A stretch of 64,000 nt of DNA from Parcubacteria bacterium RAAC4_OD1_1 (GTDB lineage: Bacteria > Patescibacteriota > Minisyncoccia > Phycocordibacterales > UBA9973), in the NCBI GenBank assembly GCA_000505065.1, contig AWSN01000001.1, forward strand, positions 385 through 64,384. Direction: 5' to 3'. The notes under the pieces are model-generated. The model was not told the DNA's origin. It did no database searches and was given only the letters and a program-made list of their open reading frames with translations. Numbering within the stretch: position 1 is the first letter of the stretch; each line of letters begins with the position of its first letter. Both the position numbers and the translations under genes were made by a program. Below are positions 58,885 to 64,000 of the stretch, piece after piece.

Positions 58885-60981
58885 ATGGCTAAAGAAGAAA
58901 AAAATAAAAAAGATAATGTGAAATATGGAGCAGAACAGATTTCAGTTCTTGAAGGTCTTGAGCCTGTGCGTCGTCGTCCTGGTATGTATATTGGTTCGAC
59001 GGGTATAGATGGACTTCATCATTTAGTCTGGGAAATTTTCGACAACTCTCGTGATGAAGCTATGGGAGGGTATTGTGACCATATTGAGGTTGTACTTTTG
59101 CCAGATAATTCTGTGAGAGTAACTGATAATGGTCGTGGAATTCCTGTTGAGATTCATCCAAAGACAAAAGTTTCAGCACTTGAAACTGTAATGACTACTC
59201 TCCACGCTGGAGGAAAATTTGGGGGTGATGATAGTGGGTATAAAGTTTCTGGTGGGCTTCATGGAGTGGGAGCTTCTGTTGTAAACGCACTTTCTATTTA
59301 TACAAAAGCCGAAGTTCATAAAGATGGTGGCAAATATATGCAGGAATATACTCAAGGTAAAAAGAAAGCTAATGTTAAAAAAGTTGCAACTTCTAAAAAT
59401 CATGGGACTATAATTTCTTTTAAACCTGACGAAGAAATATTTAAACAAATTAAATTTGATTGGAATACAATAATAAATCATCTAAGACAGCAGGCTTACC
59501 TTGTTAAGGGTCTTCGGATAGATATCATTGATGCAAGAGAATGGGACCCTATAACAGGAGGAAAGGGTAAATCAAATGATTATGAAAATGTTTTTTGGTT
59601 TAGGGAATTAGATTTAGAATTACCCTCGACTTCATTTTATTTTGAAGGAGGTCTTGTTTCTTTAGTAAAATATTACAATAAGTTAGAAAAGCCAATCCAC
59701 TCATCTGTGTTTTATATAGAAAAGGAGATTGATAGTGTTGGGGTTGAGGTAGCGCTCCAATATGTAGATGATATAGATTCACAAATAATTCCTTTTGCAA
59801 ACAATATTTATAATAACGAAGGAGGTACACATGTGACTGGATTTAAAACTGCTCTCACTCGAGTGCTCAATACTTATGGCAAGAAGAATAATTTAATCAA
59901 AGAAATAGACGGTGGACTTACGGGGGATGATGTCTTAGAAGGTTTGGTTGCTGTTGTATCTGTTAAATTACGTGAAATACAATTTGAAGGTCAGACAAAA
60001 GGAAAACTCGGTTCGACAGAAGCTCAAGGTGCAGTCGCTACTGTTTTCGGAGATGCGTTCTCTAGCTTTTTAGAAGAAAATCCAGATGAAGCAAAAGCTA
60101 TTATAAGTAAATCTTTACTTGCTCTTCGTGCTAGAAAAGCTGCAAAAGCAGCCAAAGATTCAGTGCTTAGAAAAGGAGCATTAGAAGGAATGACTCTTCC
60201 GGGGAAACTTGCTGATTGCCAAGTTAAAGATGCTGAAAATGCAGAGATTTTTATAGTAGAGGGAGATTCTGCTGGTGGTACTGCTAAAATGGGTCGTGAC
60301 AGAAAAACTCAAGCTATTCTTCCGCTTCGTGGAAAAATTTTAAACATAGAACGTGCAAGATTAGATAGGATGCTAGGAAGTGAGCAAATTAAAAATCTAG
60401 TAATAGCTATGGGTACATCAATAGGAGATACTTTTGATTTAGAAAAAATAAGATACCACAAAATAATTATAGCTACTGATGCGGATGTGGATGGTGCTCA
60501 CATTAGGACTCTTATTCTTACTCTTATGTATAGATATTTTAGGCCAGTGCTTGATGCAGGTTATATATATATCGCTCAGCCACCATTATTTAAAATAAAA
60601 AAAGGTAAAGAAATTTTTTATGCTTATTCAGATGAAGAAAGAGACAAGATACTCGGTAAAGAAGCTTCTCATTTAGAAGAATTATTAGTTGAAGAAGGTG
60701 AAGAAGTAAATAATTCTGAAGAGGCTGAAAACGAAAATGAAGAGAAATCAGAAAAGAAAAGTTCCAAGATTCACATTCAAAGATATAAAGGTCTCGGAGA
60801 AATGAATGCCGAAGAGCTCTGGGAGACAACAATGGATCCATCAAATAGAGTGTTGAAACAGGTTACGATTGATGACGCAGAAGAAGCAAATAAAGTGTTT
60901 GATATGCTTATGGGTAGTGAGGTTCCACCTCGTAAATCATTCATCCAATCTAACGCCAAAATGGCAAGATTAGACGTATAA
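58885..60981 (+). CDS. gyrB: DNA gyrase subunit B
   Basis: ...GLHHLVWEIFDNSRDEAMGG..., ...GGLHGVGASVVNALS..., ...EGDSAGG..., ...PLRGKILN..., ...IATDADVDGAHIRTL... Confidence 0.95.
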   Translation: MAKEEKNKKDNVKYGAEQISVLEGLEPVRRRPGMYIGSTGIDGLHHLVWEIFDNSRDEAMGGYCDHIEVVLLPDNSVRVTDNGRGIPVEIHPKTKVSALETVMTTLHAGGKFGGDDSGYKVSGGLHGVGASVVNALSIYTKAEVHKDGGKYMQEYTQGKKKANVKKVATSKNHGTIISFKPDEEIFKQIKFDWNTIINHLRQQAYLVKGLRIDIIDAREWDPITGGKGKSNDYENVFWFRELDLELPSTSFYFEGGLVSLVKYYNKLEKPIHSSVFYIEKEIDSVGVEVALQYVDDIDSQIIPFANNIYNNEGGTHVTGFKTALTRVLNTYGKKNNLIKEIDGGLTGDDVLEGLVAVVSVKLREIQFEGQTKGKLGSTEAQGAVATVFGDAFSSFLEENPDEAKAIISKSLLALRARKAAKAAKDSVLRKGALEGMTLPGKLADCQVKDAENAEIFIVEGDSAGGTAKMGRDRKTQAILPLRGKILNIERARLDRMLGSEQIKNLVIAMGTSIGDTFDLEKIRYHKIIIATDADVDGAHIRTLILTLMYRYFRPVLDAGYIYIAQPPLFKIKKGKEIFYAYSDEERDKILGKEASHLEELLVEEGEEVNNSEEAENENEEKSEKKSSKIHIQRYKGLGEMNAEELWETTMDPSNRVLKQVTIDDAEEANKVFDMLMGSEVPPRKSFIQSNAKMARLDV

Positions 60982-60988
60982 CACTAAA

Positions 60989-61015
60989 TTAGCCATAGGC
61001 CTTGCCTATGGCTAA
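60989..61015. repeat. REP-2 palindrome copy a (TTAGCCATAGG-CCTTG-CCTATGGCTAA)
   Basis: 8 nt after the gyrB stop. Confidence 0.8.
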
Positions 61016-61075
61016 TTTAATTTATAGACATTATTTTAAAAGAGTATTAGAATAATTAAATTTAAAACAAATATT

Positions 61076-61513
61076 ATGATATACAAAGAAAAACCAAAAG
61101 ATTTTACTCCAGATATTGAAGTAGTTGCTTGTTTGGTTGAATTTGATAATAAATTTATTTTATTACATAGACAAGACAACAAGATTCATGGTGGTAAATG
61201 GGGACAACCAGCAGGGAAGGTTGATCCATCAGATTTAAATAGTTTTGATGCTATGGTAAGAGAATTAAGAGAAGAAACTGGGATAATTACCCAAAAAGAG
61301 AATTTGATTTTTTATAAAACTTTTTTTGTTTCTCACCCAGACAGAGATTTTCTTTATCATTACTTTGTTCTGCATCTAAAAGAAAAACCAGAGATTGTTT
61401 TATCAAAAAACGAACACAAAGATTATCTTTTAGTAAAAGCAGAAGAAGCTCTCTGTATGAATTTAATCCCTGATGAGGATTATTGTTTAAAAGATTATTT
61501 TGGTATTAAATAA
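61076..61513 (+). CDS. NUDIX hydrolase
   Basis: Nudix box GGKWGQPAGKVDPSD...MVRELREETGI. Confidence 0.8.
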   Translation: MIYKEKPKDFTPDIEVVACLVEFDNKFILLHRQDNKIHGGKWGQPAGKVDPSDLNSFDAMVRELREETGIITQKENLIFYKTFFVSHPDRDFLYHYFVLHLKEKPEIVLSKNEHKDYLLVKAEEALCMNLIPDEDYCLKDYFGIK

Positions 61514-61528
61514 ATTCTTTAATTATAA

Positions 61529-61554
61529 TTAGCCATAGGCCTTGCCTATGGCTA
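61529..61554. repeat. REP-2 copy b (same orientation as a)
   Basis: TTAGCCATAGGCCTTGCCTATGGCTA, 26 nt upstream of RAYT-2. Confidence 0.8.
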
Positions 61555-61579
61555 GAGATCTTTATATAATATAGGATAT

Positions 61580-62263
61580 ATGAGTTTTAGGAATGAAAAA
61601 ATATTACCAGATGAATATTGTCATATTTATAATCGTGGTAATGGTAAAAGTAAAATATTTTTAGACAAAGAAGATTATGATCGTTTTATTAAGATTCTTT
61701 TTATTTGTAATTCAAAAAATAAATTTGTTTTTCGTGAATCTATTATAAAAAGTAAAATAAATGCATGGGATTTTGAAAGGGGGAATAGATTGGTAGATAT
61801 TGGAGCTTGGGTATTGATGCCAAACCATTTTCATATTTTATTGATTTCTTCTAGCCATAGGCAAGGCCTATGGCAAAAAGATTTAAATCCTATTTCTATA
61901 TTTATGCAAAAAGTTTCAACTGCTTATGCTATGTATTTTAATAAAAAATATAATAGAACAGGTTCGTTATTTGAAGGAAAATTTAAATTAAAAAATATCC
62001 ATAAGGAAAATTATTTAGAATATTTGTTTTCATATATACACTTAAATCCAATAAAATTAATACAAAAAGATTGGAAAGAAAATGGAATAAAAAATAAAGA
62101 TAAAGCATTAGAATATTTAAATAAGTTTAAATATTCTAGTTATTTAGATTATAAAAATCCTAATAGGACAGAAAGTAAAATATTAAATAAAGAATTTTTT
62201 CCAGAATCTTTTGATAATATAAATAATAAAGAACTAATTAATATATTTACTTCATATGTATAA
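61580..62263 (+). CDS. REP-associated tyrosine transposase (IS200-like Y1/HUH family), RAYT-2
   Basis: Paralogue of 32865..33527: YCHIYNRGNGKSKIFLDKEDYDRFIKIL..., ...GAWVLMPNHFHILL (HUH), ...NRTGSLFEGKFKLKNIHKENYLEYLFSYIHLNP... Confidence 0.65.
   Translation: MSFRNEKILPDEYCHIYNRGNGKSKIFLDKEDYDRFIKILFICNSKNKFVFRESIIKSKINAWDFERGNRLVDIGAWVLMPNHFHILLISSSHRQGLWQKDLNPISIFMQKVSTAYAMYFNKKYNRTGSLFEGKFKLKNIHKENYLEYLFSYIHLNPIKLIQKDWKENGIKNKDKALEYLNKFKYSSYLDYKNPNRTESKILNKEFFPESFDNINNKELINIFTSYV
61852..61875. repeat. REP-2 copy c, in frame inside RAYT-2 (TAGCCATAGGCAAGGCCTATGGCA encodes SSHRQGLWQ)
   Basis: Inverted orientation (loop CAAGG). The paralogue RAYT-1 is about 9 aa shorter here. Confidence 0.75.
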
Positions 62264-62274
62264 AATAACCATAG

Positions 62275-62300
62275 TTAGCCATAGGCAAGGCCTATGGCTA
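62275..62300. repeat. REP-2 copy d, inverted orientation (loop CAAGG)
   Basis: TTAGCCATAGGCAAGGCCTATGGCTA, 12 nt after the RAYT-2 stop. Confidence 0.8.
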
Positions 62301-62331
62301 GAAGATTAATTTTAATTTTATGAAGAATTTA

Positions 62332-62634
62332 TTATTTTTCCCCTTTTAATATTATTCTTTTTTCGAAACCGCCTTTTTCGTTTAGTTTATTTATTCTAAC
62401 TTCTTCAACATTGGAGAATTCGGGAAATTTTTTTAATGATTCAATTACTTCTATGATATCTGCAAGTTCTTCAGAATTTTTATCTTTTATAAATTCTTTT
62501 ATTTCCTCGTCTAATTTTTTTATTAGTTCTTCTCTGTATTCTTCTTCGTTTGCTATTCTTTCTTCATAAGGTATATTTTTTGAACTTAAATATTCGGGAA
62601 TTTTATCTCTAACTAATTTATTATATTTTTCCAT
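62332..62634 (-). CDS. MazG-like (all-alpha) nucleoside triphosphate pyrophosphohydrolase, putative
   Basis: YNKLVRDKIPE...EE..EELADIIEVIESL pattern of small house-cleaning NTP-PPases. Confidence 0.45.
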   Translation of the reverse strand: MEKYNKLVRDKIPEYLSSKNIPYEERIANEEEYREELIKKLDEEIKEFIKDKNSEELADIIEVIESLKKFPEFSNVEEVRINKLNEKGGFEKRIILKGEK

Positions 62635-62635
62635 T

Positions 62636-64000
62636 TTAATTTAATGTTCTTTCTTTGATTTCTTTTTGAATTTTTTCTAAGAAAGATTCTTTTGTTATAC
62701 CTTCTAATTTATCAGTACGAGTTTCGACTGTGATTACATTACTTTCTTTTTCTTTATCTCCAATAACAATCATATATGGGACTTTATTCATTTTAGCATT
62801 TCTTATTCTCTTACCGAGTGATTCATTGGAGTCATCGAGTTCTACTCTTATATTATTTTCTTTTAATGTTTTATATATAGACTCAGCATATTCTTTTTGA
62901 TGTTCTGAAATAGGAAGAATAGTAACTTGAACAGGGGATAACCATACAGGAAATGCTCCTGCGAAATGTTCAATCAAAAATCCAATAAAACGTTCATGTG
63001 TCCCAAGTGGAGCACGGTGGATTATGTATGGAGTTTTTTTACTGCCGTCTTTATCTGTATATTCTAACCCAAACCTTTTTCCCATATATAAATCAAGTTG
63101 ATTTGTGGATGCTGTAAAAGATCTTCCTATAGAAGAATATATTTGAAAATCCATTTTAGGTCCGTAAAATGCTGCTCCTTCATTAGCTATTTTAAATGGC
63201 ACCCCAGATGCTTTCATAGCTTCTGTTGTCATTTTTTCTGCTAATTCCCAGTCTGCTTCTTCTCCGTGGTACTTATCTATTTTTTTTGGATCACGAAGAG
63301 CTAATTCCATTTCGTATTTTTCTATCCCTAACACTTTATAGTAATATTCATGCAATTTAATTACATCAATAAATTCTTGCATGGCTTGTTCGTGAGTAGT
63401 GTATATATGTGCATCATTCATTTGCATACCACGAACTCTCATAAGCCCAAATAGACTTCCTGAATCTTCATATCTATGGCACCATCCATATTCTGCTAAA
63501 CGAAGTGGCAAGTCTTTGTAACTTTTAGGTAATGCAGAAAATACTTTGTGATGAAAAGGACAATTCATTGGTTTTATGTAATAATTTTCTTCTTCAATAC
63601 GGATAGGAGCATACATACTTTCTTTATATAAAGGTAAATGCCCAGAAGTATAGAAAAGACTTTCTTTGGTGATTATAGGAGTGGTTACTCTCTGGTAACC
63701 CCAAATCTTTTCTGTTTCTTTTGCCCAATTTTCTAATTCTTCTTTTATTATGTTTCCTTTTGGTAACCAAATAGTTAAACCTTTACCTATCTCTTCATCA
63801 AAAGTAAAAAGTTCTAATTTTTTACCAATCTCGCGATGGTCTCTCTTTTTTGCTTCTTCTTGTTGATGTATATAAGCTTCTAATTCTTCTTTAGTTTCAA
63901 ATGCGAGTCCGTATACACGAGTAAGCATTTTATTTTTTTCATCTCCACGCCAATAAGCTCCTGCTACGCGATCTAATTTCCAAGAATTTCCTTTGATGTC
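62636..64000 (-). CDS. thrS: threonine--tRNA ligase (3' portion; ORF continues beyond window end)
   Basis: ...RDHREIGKKLELF..., ...GHLPLYKESMY..., ...FRLAEYGWCHRYEDSGSLFGLMRVRGMQMNDAHIY..., ...FYGPKMDF..., C-terminal anticodon-binding domain. Reading frame is open to nt 64000 (…DIKGNSWKLDRVAGAYWRGDEKNKMLTRVYG). Confidence 0.85.
   Translation of the reverse strand, partial: DIKGNSWKLDRVAGAYWRGDEKNKMLTRVYGLAFETKEELEAYIHQQEEAKKRDHREIGKKLELFTFDEEIGKGLTIWLPKGNIIKEELENWAKETEKIWGYQRVTTPIITKESLFYTSGHLPLYKESMYAPIRIEEENYYIKPMNCPFHHKVFSALPKSYKDLPLRLAEYGWCHRYEDSGSLFGLMRVRGMQMNDAHIYTTHEQAMQEFIDVIKLHEYYYKVLGIEKYEMELALRDPKKIDKYHGEEADWELAEKMTTEAMKASGVPFKIANEGAAFYGPKMDFQIYSSIGRSFTASTNQLDLYMGKRFGLEYTDKDGSKKTPYIIHRAPLGTHERFIGFLIEHFAGAFPVWLSPVQVTILPISEHQKEYAESIYKTLKENNIRVELDDSNESLGKRIRNAKMNKVPYMIVIGDKEKESNVITVETRTDKLEGITKESFLEKIQKEIKERTLN

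Overview
The window is AT-rich (about 32-35 % GC) with small, tightly packed genes. The hallmarks are typical of a reduced Patescibacteria/CPR-like genome: a 23S-5S rRNA unit with its own promoter and no 16S upstream, an intron-sized insertion in the 23S, short pheS/pheT, and giant surface proteins. Organism assignment is inference.

Layout, left to right:
- 1-5.1 kb: polysaccharide/glycosylation locus. A fused GT2-GT4 glycosyltransferase runs off the 5' edge. Then a GT2 enzyme, an NYN-domain protein, a GIY-YIG mini-gene bracketed by 22-bp direct repeats, and a polyprenyl-phosphate sugar transferase.
- 5.3-6.4 kb: rplJ-rplL with a strong sigma70-like promoter and an L10-type leader, followed by an unexplained GC-rich terminated non-coding stretch.
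- 6.6-8.1 kb: a winged-helix regulator and a membrane protein, both with clean intrinsic terminators.
- 8.66-12.3 kb: 23S rRNA of about 3.4 kb with a roughly 320-nt group-I-intron-like insertion at the conserved ...AACCGT|CGTGAGACAG site, plus 5S rRNA terminated by a REP-like palindrome.
- 12.4-20.5 kb: housekeeping genes (membrane proteins, a SEDS FtsW/RodA homolog, folD, a PAP2 phosphatase, secD, secF, lemA, htpX).
- 20.6-23.9 kb: tRNA-Ser(GGA) followed by a putative roughly 3.2-kb integrative element. It encodes a large serine recombinase and a translationally coupled two-gene cargo, and an 11-bp shared motif (GCACGAGATAC) lies at both ends.
- 24.5-33.5 kb: secreted proteins (one with a peptidoglycan-binding domain, one with a DUF1566/Lcl-like C-terminus, a SIMPL-like protein), a methyltransferase, murI, a UvrD-type helicase fused to a RecB/Cas4-like Fe-S nuclease, and a REP-associated tyrosine transposase (RAYT, IS200-like) flanked by inverted REP palindromes.
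- 33.6-36.3 kb: pheS and pheT. pheT carries GC-rich palindromic islands in frame.
- 36.4-58.8 kb: a surface-structure island.
  - A 3713-aa tail-fiber/adhesin-like giant with about 20 'GNVGIGTTxP' repeats, YadA-head/phage-fiber-like 15-aa repeats, and large internal near-identical DNA repeats.
  - A 1244-aa Thr/Gly-rich protein with Cys-flanked DxDxD modules, and several secreted proteins.
  - A dockerin-bearing secreted protein followed by two membrane-anchored proteins carrying three cohesin-like modules, suggesting a cohesin-dockerin surface assembly system.
- 58.9-64 kb: gyrB, a NUDIX hydrolase, a second RAYT with its own REP family, a MazG-like NTP pyrophosphatase, and thrS running off the 3' edge.

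Recurrent themes:
- At least three REP-like palindrome families.
- In-frame REP copies inside both RAYT genes.
- Palindrome fragments inside pheT and a secreted-protein gene, reminiscent of Rickettsia palindromic elements.

No CRISPR array was seen. Several ORF-track starts are TTG-extended artefacts and have been trimmed to the first plausible ATG.
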